NCBI GenBank assembly: GCA_900617105.1
Contig: UYFQ01000001.1
Span: 3,410,001-3,474,000 of the forward strand
Length of the DNA stretch: 64,000 bases
DNA from: Hydrurus foetidus
Taxonomy: Eukaryota
Reading direction: 5' to 3'
Below are positions 22,288 to 31,541 of the stretch, one piece after another (the first letter of the stretch is position 1; every line of letters starts with the position of its first letter). A model generated the notes under the pieces. That model searched no databases, had not been told where the DNA came from, and saw nothing but the letters and a program-made list of their open reading frames with translations. The position numbers and the translations under genes were made by a program.

Positions 22288-23463
22288 ATGACTCCCCAGC
22301 CCACTCACCCCACTCATCTTGCTAATCCGATCATTCGTATCCTGACTATAGGCCAGCAATGGCCTACGCTTGACCCGTTTTTGTTTTGCGCGTACCACGA
22401 CGACGCCTATCCCGCCGCCAACGCCGACATGAGTCCCAAGGCATCGCTAGCAGGCCGCGACATCGGGCAAGACTTCAGTTGCAAGGACGGCTGGAGCATG
22501 TACCACGGCCACAGCGTGCCCGGCTTTCCCGCACACCCGCACCGGGGGTTTGAAACCGTGACCGTTGTGCGCAAGGGGCTGATCGACCATTCAGATTCGC
22601 TCGGTGCCACCGCCCGCTTTGGCCGCGGCGACGTGCAGTGGCTAACTGCAGGCAAAGGTATCGTGCACGCCGAAATGTTTCCACTGCTCAACCTTGACGC
22701 CGCCAACCCGATGGAGCTGTTTCAAATTTGGCTCAATTTGCCCGCAGTCAGCAAAATGGCCGAGCCGCACTTCACGCTGTTTTGGGCAGACGACATTCCC
22801 CACTGCGAAGTGCCAGATGCTAACGGGCTGGTCACGCACGTGTCTGTGATTGCAGGCCAGCTCGCGGGCCTTAACCAAACTCTCCAAACTCTCCAAACTC
22901 TCCAAACTCTCCAAACCCTCCAAACCCTCCAAACCCTCCAACCCCTCCAACCCCTCCAACCCCTCCAACCCCTCAGCCCGCCGCCCGAGTCTTGGGCCGC
23001 GCAAGCTAAAGCAGACGTCGCCATCTGGACGCTACTGCTGCAGCCCGGCGCGCGCTTTACGCTGCCCGCAGCCAATGCGGGCACGCGGCGCAACCTGTAT
23101 TTTTTCAAAGGCCATTCGGTAACCGTGGCCGGGCAAGCTGTGCAAAGCCACGGCGCCATCGAGCTGCAGGGCGACGTAGCGGTTGAATTGATCAATGGAA
23201 ACATTGAGGCAGAGTTTTTGCTGCTACAAGGCCAACCCATAGCCGAGCCAGTCGCCCAGTACGGCCCGTTTGTCATGAATACCCAAGCCGAAATTAGCCA
23301 AACCATCGCCGACTACCAACGCACCCAGTTCGGCGGCTGGCCGTTTGCCGACCCCGCCCCTACGCACGGCCGCGACCCTGCCAGGCGGGCTACGCACCCG
23401 AGTGGGCGGGTCGAAGCGCCTGCGCAGAGCCAAGGCGATACGCATCAGGCGTCGGTTATTTAG
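22288..23463 (+). CDS. Pirin family protein with an internal tandem repeat
   Basis: DPFLF, HPHRGFETVT, H.DSLG, TAGKGIVHAE, QYGPFVMNT. Confidence 0.93.
   Translation: MTPQPTHPTHLANPIIRILTIGQQWPTLDPFLFCAYHDDAYPAANADMSPKASLAGRDIGQDFSCKDGWSMYHGHSVPGFPAHPHRGFETVTVVRKGLIDHSDSLGATARFGRGDVQWLTAGKGIVHAEMFPLLNLDAANPMELFQIWLNLPAVSKMAEPHFTLFWADDIPHCEVPDANGLVTHVSVIAGQLAGLNQTLQTLQTLQTLQTLQTLQTLQPLQPLQPLQPLSPPPESWAAQAKADVAIWTLLLQPGARFTLPAANAGTRRNLYFFKGHSVTVAGQAVQSHGAIELQGDVAVELINGNIEAEFLLLQGQPIAEPVAQYGPFVMNTQAEISQTIADYQRTQFGGWPFADPAPTHGRDPARRATHPSGRVEAPAQSQGDTHQASVI
22876..22974 (+). repeat. In-frame 9-bp tandem repeat x11 within pirin
   Basis: CAAACTCTC x4, CAAACCCTC x3, CAACCCCTC x4, encoding (QTL)7(QPL)4. 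Confidence 0.97.
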
Positions 23464-23562
23464 CTATCTATTTAAGAGCTGCTTGCGCCCGTAAATATTG
23501 GCCAAAAGGCCATTTTTACACTCTAAAGAGCCATAAAACAGGCTCAAAACAGCCTAAAACAG

Positions 23563-23997
23563 CTACCCCACAGCCTTCGCATAAGTCTGGCTGTGCGCCG
23601 GGTCCAGCAAAATAATCAGCGGCGCGATGGCCAGCGACCAAGCCGGGCGCAGCTGCGTTTCACTCTGGCTGTGCGCATTGCGGATCAAGCTCAGCATCTC
23701 TGAACGCGACGCTTGGCCGCGCAGCATGGCCCAGCGCCCAAACAAGCGCGGCAGCGCGCCAGACTCTTCATACAACTGCACCACCAAATGATGCCGGGTG
23801 TCTTCGCTAATGCGCTGCCACAGCGTTTTGACAGACGCTTCAGGCCCCTCGATGTATTGAATATTCAGCGAGCCGTCGACCATCAGCACCCCCGTGATGT
23901 CATTGCGCTCATTGTTGGCCACGCATTGGGTGAGCAAGGTTTCCAGGTCGTTTTCAGTCCAGCTTTGCGTGATGACACTCGAATACATGATTCGCAT
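23563..23997 (-). CDS. BLUF domain protein 3
   Basis: IMYSS, N..NDITGVL, IQYIEG, D.RH, F.RWAM. Confidence 0.9.
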   Translation of the reverse strand: MRIMYSSVITQSWTENDLETLLTQCVANNERNDITGVLMVDGSLNIQYIEGPEASVKTLWQRISEDTRHHLVVQLYEESGALPRLFGRWAMLRGQASRSEMLSLIRNAHSQSETQLRPAWSLAIAPLIILLDPAHSQTYAKAVG

Positions 23998-24029
23998 CAG
24001 CGGCTCTTGTTCGGCAGCTGGGGAGCGGT

Positions 24030-24875
24030 TTAAACGCAGGTTTGCGTAAATACGGGTCGTTCAACAGTTTCTCTCGACACCAGGCAACCCGTCAAATACA
24101 GCGACGCCAAGTCCGCGCAAATGAAACCCGTGGCCTCTGGCTTTAATCGAGTCAGCAGCGCCTGCAAGCGCGCAGGGCCAACGCTAAGAAGGCGAATTAG
24201 CTGCAAATGCCGAACGTGCAGCGCATGGGTCGCCACCAGCGGCAACTTGCGCAGCAGCAGCTTGCCGCCCAAGAGGTTGCTTGGCAGGTTTTCAATTGCC
24301 TCAGGCACCACCTGGCCAAAATACCACAGCAGCATGTGCACCGTGACGGTTTCAAAATGGCTGGCTTGCTCGCCCTCAAAAGGGCCGGCAGACGGCGGCA
24401 GCTCTTTGATGCTCAGCGTGCCCGGCCCCGCAGCGCCCGGGCGTTTGCGCACGGCCACGGTTCGGTTTTTGGGGTAAACCGCGGCCACCACTTCGCCGCT
24501 GCGGTTAACTATATGAACAATGTTTGACTTGATGCATTTGCGCTCAGACCAGATCAAGCCGCCAATCAAGGCGTGCACCATCGAGTAGTCGGCAAACGCG
24601 GGCGGCAGCGCCAGCGCGCGGTCTTGCGGTGAGCCGCCTCGGTAGTGCGCGTCTTTGGCGGCGTCCCACAGGGGAAGGTGGCCGGCTACATGACCAGCTA
24701 AATGACCGTTTGGAGGCGGCAAGCTCTCAGGCGGTTCGGTTTTTTGTCGGCTCGCCGGAAAGTGCAGAGCGGCACCTTTACCGCAACCGGTGGGCATCGC
24801 CGACGTGTCGGCAGCGCCCGGGAGACTCAAGCCCGGCCCGCGGTTGGGAATTCCCGATAAGATTTTTTCAATCAT
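24030..24875 (-). CDS. Hypothetical protein between two BLUF genes
   Basis: 281-aa ORF with a low-complexity N-terminus and a C-terminal LLW.FG..LRKLP..L..LY..G region. Confidence 0.7.
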   Translation of the reverse strand: MIEKILSGIPNRGPGLSLPGAADTSAMPTGCGKGAALHFPASRQKTEPPESLPPPNGHLAGHVAGHLPLWDAAKDAHYRGGSPQDRALALPPAFADYSMVHALIGGLIWSERKCIKSNIVHIVNRSGEVVAAVYPKNRTVAVRKRPGAAGPGTLSIKELPPSAGPFEGEQASHFETVTVHMLLWYFGQVVPEAIENLPSNLLGGKLLLRKLPLVATHALHVRHLQLIRLLSVGPARLQALLTRLKPEATGFICADLASLYLTGCLVSRETVERPVFTQTCV

Positions 24876-24916
24876 CCAGCATCAATCGTCGATAACTAAT
24901 ATTAAAGCACTAATTG

Positions 24917-25459
24917 TCAAGTGCTAACTGTCAAAGCACCGTTAGCCGAAGACGCAACAACTGCCCCGCCTCGGTTCAGCAACGCGGCGCCATGGGTTTT
25001 GGCGTATTCCGGGTCAATCAACAAGCACATCGTGCCAATGGTCGCGGCCCACGGGCTGGGCTCGCTAGATTCAGCCTGCTTGCGCGCACCATGAACTATT
25101 TCCAGCATTTCTTCGCGCGTGGTGCGCTGCATCGACCAGTTGGGAAGCAAGCACGTGTCGGCAAAATCGCGGTGCAACAGCTCCACCAGGCAGTGGTGGC
25201 GAGGGCCATCCTTCAGATTCGCCCACAGCTTGCGCACATCTGACTTTTTCCCTTCCAGCCACTGAATAACCAGCCTATGCTCAATCATCAACGGCCCCGT
25301 GATGTTGTTTGCAACGTTGCTCTGCCGCGCGTGGTCAACAATGGCCTGCACTTCAGCATCGCCCAACTGTTGCGTCAGCACGCTGCAGTACGCAAGCTGA
25401 CAAAAAACCCCAATGTCGTTTTCAGATTCGGTCTGGTAGAGTTGTATGGTTTGTTGCAT
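24917..25459 (-). CDS. BLUF domain protein 4
   Basis: LAYCS, N..NNITGPL, IQWLEG, PRH, WSM; C-terminal tail similar to BLUF 3. Confidence 0.88.
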   Translation of the reverse strand: MQQTIQLYQTESENDIGVFCQLAYCSVLTQQLGDAEVQAIVDHARQSNVANNITGPLMIEHRLVIQWLEGKKSDVRKLWANLKDGPRHHCLVELLHRDFADTCLLPNWSMQRTTREEMLEIVHGARKQAESSEPSPWAATIGTMCLLIDPEYAKTHGAALLNRGGAVVASSANGALTVST

Positions 25460-25708
25460 GTGGCCCTTGTGAAGTCCAAAAGTGCGCTCGGCAGCCCCTT
25501 GTGGCGGCCCCGTTTGCAAAACAGTTTTGTGCATAGGCTGTCGATTGTGGCGCGCACAAGTCAAAACAGGCGGTCAAAGCCTGGAGTTCTGCAAACTCGA
25601 TTGCGCGAAACCCGACTTACTGGTGCGGCGTGTTGCCATGCGCCAACAGCTTGACCAGCACTTTTGGCTTAGCTTGTCAGCATCGCTGGCAACGCTTAAA
25701 GTACGGCC

Positions 25709-25999
25709 ATAAGCATTACCCTGACCATTCGCAATTTGGAAGAGCCCGTCAAGCAACTGCTGCGTATGCAGCCAGCCAGCCATGGGCGGTCTATGGAGGC
25801 TGAGGCGCGAGACATTCTTTCCCGCAGCGTCAAAGGCCTTGATTTGTCTGCCCTCACGGCCGCAAAGCCCACGGGCAGCAACCTAATAAGCACGCCCGCA
25901 CAAATCACGCCGCCAGGCAAGTTTGATCACCTCATAGGTATCTGGCAAGGGCGCGGCACCACCGACCAGCTTATGCAAGCCACGCGTGGTGAGGACTAG
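25709..25999 (+). CDS. FitA-like ribbon-helix-helix antitoxin; the expected start codon reads ATA
   Basis: SITLTIRNLEEPVK..LR....HGRSMEAEARDIL. Confidence 0.8.
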   Translation: MSITLTIRNLEEPVKQLLRMQPASHGRSMEAEARDILSRSVKGLDLSALTAAKPTGSNLISTPAQITPPGKFDHLIGIWQGRGTTDQLMQATRGED

Positions 26000-26003
26000 G
26001 CAA

Positions 26004-26399
26004 TTGACCGTATTAGTTGACACCAACGTCATAGCTGATGTGATTTACAAAGACCCTGTTTGGGCATCATGGGCGGCAGCTCAGCTGGCAACTTATGCAG
26101 GCGAGTCATGCATTAACCCCATCACTTACAGCGAGCTCTGCCACCACGCAAGCGGTGTTGAAGCAGTCGATGAATTGGTAAAAAGTTTTGACTTTCAATT
26201 TGAAGAGCTACCCCGCCCCGCACTGTTTATGGCCTCACAAGCCTACCGTGCCTACAAGCAAAGGGGCGGCACCAAAACCGCGCCCCTGCCAGACTTTTTC
26301 ATAGGCGCACATGCCCAGGTGCTGGGCATACCCATCCTCACGCGCGACGCAGGGCGCTACGCAAGCTACTTTTCCGGCGAGCAGCTGATTTGCCCCTAA
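26004..26399 (+). CDS. VapC/PIN toxin
   Basis: VLVDTNV, YSEL, LPDFFIGAHA, LTRD..RY..YF. Confidence 0.9.
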   Translation: MTVLVDTNVIADVIYKDPVWASWAAAQLATYAGESCINPITYSELCHHASGVEAVDELVKSFDFQFEELPRPALFMASQAYRAYKQRGGTKTAPLPDFFIGAHAQVLGIPILTRDAGRYASYFSGEQLICP

Positions 26400-26543
26400 G
26401 CTGAGTGCGCTGCGGCCCTGAGTACAGGGATCAAGCGCTACATATTAAATAGCTGCTCGCGCCCGAATTAATTGCGCCAAAGGCATATTTGATGCCTGAA
26501 AACGGGCTTGTAAGCCCTTAATTTGCGCCCGGCGGGGTCGAGC

Positions 26544-26813
26544 CTATTTCAGCTTCTTGTAAGCCTGGTTCAGCTCTGCACCCTTGCTCGTGTCCTGCAA
26601 ACCCCGCGCCAGATCAACCGCCGCCTGCTCAATCACCGGGTCAGGCGCCTCAGCCGTGATGGTTGCTGCGCCATCTATCGACTCGTCCCGCTCATTGGGC
26701 ATTTGCAGCTTGTCGTTAACGGTCACATCGTGCGGCGTGGGCGGTTTGCCAACTCTGGCGCGCTGGGTGGGCGGCGTGGTGGGGTTGGGTGCGGGCACTT
26801 TGGGTTTGACCAT
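26544..26813 (-). CDS. Hypothetical protein
   Basis: 89 aa with P.ERDES and QAAVDLARGLQDT; AAGG RBS. Confidence 0.65.
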   Translation of the reverse strand: MVKPKVPAPNPTTPPTQRARVGKPPTPHDVTVNDKLQMPNERDESIDGAATITAEAPDPVIEQAAVDLARGLQDTSKGAELNQAYKKLK

Positions 26814-27197
26814 GCCTTACTTTGCACCTGATTGGTGGGGCTGCGCGTAGGTTGGCATGGCCGTTTGGCGTAGGCGGGTGCTGAAGGCACGCACATACGC
26901 AGCGTCAAAACGCTATATGTTTAGGAGCTGCTTGCGCCCGAATTAATTGGGGTAGAGCGCTATACAGCATCTAAAACGGACCGATTTGGGGGGCAAAAGC
27001 GTAAAAACCAGCTCAAGCCTCCCGTCACTCTCGCTCAGGCGGGAAGCCACTGCGCGTACCCAAAATTGTAAATATTTACGTAGACCCCGCCGTGGTCTTG
27101 CGGCATGGTTGAGTAACAAAAAATTACAAGGCATTGACAGGCGGATGGCGACTCTTATTCCTTTAATTGGCAGTTGCGTAGTGCGCATAACCAGCGG

Positions 27198-27441
27198 TGT
27201 GCGAAAGTGCATAGCCGACTGCAACCCCAGCGCAAACGCCATACAAATCATGACCATGAAGGTCAGCAAGGGGCTGGGGTTTCCCGTGGTCGCGCTGCCG
27301 GGTGTGGGGCACATGCCTGCGAAGGGTGAGGATGAGCTTGAGGCGGCTCGGGTGTTTTATGTGGCTGCTATGCGGGCTGCGCACAAGCTGGTGAATGGGG
27401 TGGCTGGGGATGGGGGATTTGGAGCTAGGCTTGAATCATGA
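27198..27441 (+). pseudogene. UvrD-like helicase 3' fragment, copy A
   Basis: IQIMTMKVSKGLGFPVV..ARVFYVAAMRA (SF1 motifs V/VI, degenerate). Confidence 0.85.
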
Positions 27442-27450
27442 CAACAGAAT

Positions 27451-27531
27451 CGCGCCACTTACGTGTCGTGATACACCTTGCGCGCCACTTACGTGTCGTG
27501 ATACACCTTGCGCGCCACTTTAATTGGCGCG
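27451..27531. repeat. 30-bp tandem duplication ending in a palindrome
   Basis: CGCGCCACTTACGTGTCGTGATACACCTTG x2, then CGCGCCACTTTAATTGGCGCG. Confidence 0.95.
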
Positions 27532-27564
27532 ATACTGGCAGCCCGTGAACCAAAACCTGAGCAC

Positions 27565-28965
27565 ATGCCAAGCATCACCCCCCCAACCGAGCTAGACCAA
27601 CTGGTGGCGATGATTGCTGCGCAAGCCGACGGCCTGGGGATTGATGCCATCGCCAAGTTGCATGGCAACCGCTTGACGCGCCGCACCTTGCAGCGCCGGT
27701 TGGCCTTGTTGGCCAAGCAAGGCCGGATCCAGATGCGGGGCGAGGCTAGGGCGGCGCGTTATGTGCAAACTCCTCAAATAATCGAGGGAGTCGTTTCTTC
27801 CAAACAGGTGGGGGGCACGGTGCAGGCTACAGCCGACGTTTACGTACCTGTCTCACCGGAAGGTGAAGAGATCAAAGCCCTCGTGCGCCAGCCGCGTGCC
27901 ATGCGAGCGCCAGTGGGCTACCGTTTGGCGTTTCTCGAGCAATACCACCCCAATCACACCGCCTATCTGCCGCCAGATTTGCGGGACCAGTTGCACGCCA
28001 TGGGCAGAGCGCGCGCTGAGCAAACACCGGCGGGCACCTTTGCGCGTGACATTCTGAACCGCTTGCTGATTGATTTGTCTTGGGCCTCCTCGATGCTGGA
28101 GGGCAACACCTACAGCCGGTTAGATACCGAGCGGCTTATTGAATTCGGCCAAGCCGCCGAAGGAAAAGACGCGCTGGAAACCCAGATGATCCTGAATCAC
28201 AAACAGGCCATTGAATACCTGGTGCTTGACCCAAGCCACGCGCAGGTAACACCCGATTGCATCGTCGCGCTACATGCATTTTTGTCAGATGGCTTGATGG
28301 CCGACCCCGCAGCGGTGGGCCGCCTTCGACGGCGGGCGGTAGAGATTGGCGGCAGCGTGTATTTGCCGGTAGCCTTGCCGCAGCGGCTCGAAGCTCTGTT
28401 TGGCATCGTCATACAGATGGCGGCGGAAATTGCCGACCCGTTTGAGCAGGCATTTTTTCTGATGGTGCATTTGCCCTACTTGCAGCCGTTTGAAGATGTG
28501 AACAAACGAGTCTCAAGACTAGCGGCCAACATACCGCTCATTCGCCATAATCTGTGCCCGCTGTCCTTCATCGACGTGCCGCAACAGCCCTATGTAGACG
28601 CGATGATTGGGGTGTACGAGCTCAACCGCGTCGAGCTGCTGCGTGATGTGTTTGTCTGGGCCTACGAGCGCTCATGCCAGCAATACGCGGCCGTCAAGCA
28701 AAGCCTGGTGCCGCCCGATATTTTTCGCCTGCGTTATCGCCAGGCCATGAGCGACGTGGTGGCAGCCATTATTCAAAACGACGAGGCCTTGACCCTTGCC
28801 AACGTGAATGCCAGGCTACCGCCCACGGTTGCCGCGCTAGATAAGGCCCACTTCACCCAACTGGTGCTGCAAGAGTTTGCCGCCCTGCACCCCGGCAATG
28901 CTGTGCGGTTTGGTATCAGGCCTTTGGTGTTTGCGGCCTGGAAGGAAAGGCATGGTGGGACATGA
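27565..28965 (+). CDS. Fic family protein with an N-terminal HTH
   Basis: RRTLQRRL..L, SS.LEGNTYS, HLPYLQPFEDVNKRVSRL. Confidence 0.9.
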   Translation: MPSITPPTELDQLVAMIAAQADGLGIDAIAKLHGNRLTRRTLQRRLALLAKQGRIQMRGEARAARYVQTPQIIEGVVSSKQVGGTVQATADVYVPVSPEGEEIKALVRQPRAMRAPVGYRLAFLEQYHPNHTAYLPPDLRDQLHAMGRARAEQTPAGTFARDILNRLLIDLSWASSMLEGNTYSRLDTERLIEFGQAAEGKDALETQMILNHKQAIEYLVLDPSHAQVTPDCIVALHAFLSDGLMADPAAVGRLRRRAVEIGGSVYLPVALPQRLEALFGIVIQMAAEIADPFEQAFFLMVHLPYLQPFEDVNKRVSRLAANIPLIRHNLCPLSFIDVPQQPYVDAMIGVYELNRVELLRDVFVWAYERSCQQYAAVKQSLVPPDIFRLRYRQAMSDVVAAIIQNDEALTLANVNARLPPTVAALDKAHFTQLVLQEFAALHPGNAVRFGIRPLVFAAWKERHGGT

Positions 28966-29219
28966 GCTACCGCCACGACTAGCAAACATCTCGAAATGCG
29001 AGTACCGCCGCAATGAGGTCTATTGGACACAGCCTGCCAATGTCGCAGTTTGCTGGGCGATATGTTTTGGGCGATAGCGATAAATTTCTTTGTGGATCAA
29101 CGACTTCTATTAACCGCAAACGGTTGTCCAAGGCGATATTCGTGAAAGCGAACAATCGCCTGCACCGTCAACACAAGGAAGGCGTACCACTGCTAAAACC
29201 CATCACCTGCGGCTGCGAC

Positions 29220-29579
29220 GGCCACGCATGGGGCGACATGGCCATCTTGTGTGCCGACTGGCAAACGATGGACACCTGCGCAGACGCATTGCACCAACGC
29301 AGGCTGCCCTTCAATGTGCGCAAGCGCGCTGGCGACTACAACCCAAGTGCAGACGCCATACAAATCATGACGATGAAGGTCAGCAAAGGCCTGGTGTTTC
29401 CCGTCGTTGCGCTACCGTGTGTGGGGCACATGCCTGCTGCGGATGAGGGTGAGCTGGAAGCGGCTCGGGTGTTTTATGTGGCTGCTACGCGGGCTACGCA
29501 GAAGTTGATAGTTACAGCAAGCGGCGATTCAGTTTTTGGGAAAAAGCTGTCGTTAGAAACGACATCGAATGAGTTATAA
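29220..29579 (+). pseudogene. UvrD-like helicase 3' fragment, copy B
   Basis: GHAWGDMAILC..MTMKVSKGLVFPVV..FYVAATRATQKL. Confidence 0.88.
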
Positions 29580-29822
29580 ATCCGCTCCACACGGCTCGTG
29601 GGTTTGACAACTTCCAAAAGAAGCCATTGAAAAAAGTTATCGCTTTGGTGATGTTTTTCTGCTTATACAGTTTTGCGCAAACCCACTATGGTGGTACCGA
29701 TTCGGAAGGTTGCCGTAACGACCGCAAGGCCCAAACCCGCCACTGCCATTGACCAAATAACATTGTTGCGTTTCGATACCAGTGTCTATACTCAGTTGCA
29801 AACTACCCTAAGGAAGCTTTTG

Positions 29823-30833
29823 ATGATTAACAAGTCGAGGAGAGCACCCGGCGCGGACTCACTTTTTCACTTTGCTGCGATGCTTGGTCTAAGTGCGGTC
29901 TTAAGTGGATGCGCGGTTCAGACAGTGCAACCTGTACAGCGCGAAGCGCCCCAGAGCGCAAAAACCCAGAAAGACGCGCAACTGTCTGTAGCGGCGCAAA
30001 TTCCCGTAGCTCCGGTACTCAAGCGAAAAATCGCACTTGGACGCGTCACCAACGAAACAAATTACGGTCAGTCGTTGCTACGCGATCGCAGTGATGACCC
30101 GCTGGGCAAGCAGGTCACAGACCTGCTTAGCAAGGCGCTTACCGAATCTGGCGCCTACGTCGTCTTTGAGCGGCCTGACATAGGCCGGATTCAAGCAGAA
30201 AGCAAACTATCAGACACCAAGCTCAATCTGATTGGAGTCGATGCATTGATCATTGGATCGTTGACAGAGTTTGGGAGAAAAACGGTCGGCGAAACGGGTT
30301 TCGTTTCCTCAAGCAAACGACAGGTGGCATTTGCAAAAATGGATATTCGCGTTGTCGATGTGAATAACGGCAACGTGTTTTTTGCAACATCCGGTGCGGG
30401 TGAAGCTTCAACTGAATCAGCCTCAACGTTCGGTTTTGGCTCCCAGGCCAGCTACGACGGGACATTGAATGATGCTGCTATCCGCCTTGCAGTCTCGGAA
30501 ACAGTTAGCCGCCTCTCCACACAAATGCAGGCAAGACCATGGCAAACCTACATTCTTAAGACAAACGGCAATCAGATTTTCATGGGTGGTGGGAAAAGCC
30601 AAGGCGTGAAAGCTGGAATGGAGTTCGCGGTTTTTACAGCCGGTGAGCAAATCAAATCGCCCCAAACCGGCGCACTCATAACGCTGCCAGGTCGATCAAT
30701 TGCGCGATTAAAAGTAGAGACGCTTTTCGGGGAAGGCGACCTGAACGAGGGCGCTATTGCTTCCCTAACGTCCGGGTCAATCGCAGGACAAAAAATCGAA
30801 CAGCTGGTGATTCGATACGAAGGAGCTAAATAA
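29823..30833 (+). CDS. CsgG/HfaB family lipoprotein
   Basis: Lipobox VLSGC, LKRKIALGR, VFERPD, GSLTEFGRK. Confidence 0.85.
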   Translation: MINKSRRAPGADSLFHFAAMLGLSAVLSGCAVQTVQPVQREAPQSAKTQKDAQLSVAAQIPVAPVLKRKIALGRVTNETNYGQSLLRDRSDDPLGKQVTDLLSKALTESGAYVVFERPDIGRIQAESKLSDTKLNLIGVDALIIGSLTEFGRKTVGETGFVSSSKRQVAFAKMDIRVVDVNNGNVFFATSGAGEASTESASTFGFGSQASYDGTLNDAAIRLAVSETVSRLSTQMQARPWQTYILKTNGNQIFMGGGKSQGVKAGMEFAVFTAGEQIKSPQTGALITLPGRSIARLKVETLFGEGDLNEGAIASLTSGSIAGQKIEQLVIRYEGAK

Positions 30834-31165
30834 TGCACAAGCTTAAAACAAAATTCATTCTTGCTGCATTGCTCGGTTCGCTGGTGCTTGTTTCTGGCTG
30901 CACACAGATGCCAACAGAAAAGCGCAGCGTTGCAGACATACGACCACAAATCAGCTTCAGGATAACGAATGAAGCAACAAAAACCGCTAGCGTCATGGTT
31001 GATGGCCTAGTCGTTGGATCAGTTGGCAATTTCATCGATGGAGTTGCCGCAATTCGCGTCCTTCCAGGAACTCACGTTTTGACTGTCGTGCTTGGAAACC
31101 AGATCATTCTTGAAGAAAAGTTTTATGCGGGTGATGGCGTCAGCCGCTCATTCGTATTGAACTGA
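30833..31165 (+). CDS. Small lipoprotein (PEGA-like beta domain)
   Basis: Lipobox LVSGC, VMVDG..VG, VLPGTH.L.V. Confidence 0.7.
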   Translation: MHKLKTKFILAALLGSLVLVSGCTQMPTEKRSVADIRPQISFRITNEATKTASVMVDGLVVGSVGNFIDGVAAIRVLPGTHVLTVVLGNQIILEEKFYAGDGVSRSFVLN

Positions 31166-31175
31166 AGGGTATTTG

Positions 31176-31541
31176 ATGCAAACACTGTTTCTTTTAGTGC
31201 CGATAGCGATTGTCTTGTCAGGCTGCGCGGCGCCGACGCTTTACAAGTGGGGCGACTATGACCAGGGGCTCTACACAAGCTACAAAGACGCCACAAAGAC
31301 CGAGGCACTGCGATCTCAACTTGAAACGCACATTGCGAGTATGGAAAAGTCAAAGCAAAAGATCGCTCCCGGTTTGTATGCTGAATTGGGCACTCTTTAC
31401 TTGCAAGCAGGCTCCACTGCGAAAGCAATGGCGTTCTATTCACATGAGCGTGACCTATGGCCAGAGAGTAAATTTTTGATGACGGCAATGATCGAAAACT
31501 TAGAGCGACGGGAAAAAGCCAAAGCGGAAGGTAAGAAATGA
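31176..31541 (+). CDS. DUF4810-like lipoprotein
   Basis: LSGC, LYKWGDY, PGLYAELG.LY, E..LWPES. Confidence 0.85.
   Translation: MQTLFLLVPIAIVLSGCAAPTLYKWGDYDQGLYTSYKDATKTEALRSQLETHIASMEKSKQKIAPGLYAELGTLYLQAGSTAKAMAFYSHERDLWPESKFLMTAMIENLERREKAKAEGKK

Noticed and set aside
26986..27197. N-terminal part of the 151-aa ORF ahead of helicase fragment A
   Set aside because: No similarity to copies B or C and no helicase motifs; likely a chance open frame
27451..27520. 30-bp direct repeats as a mini-CRISPR
   Set aside because: The units are directly adjacent with no spacers
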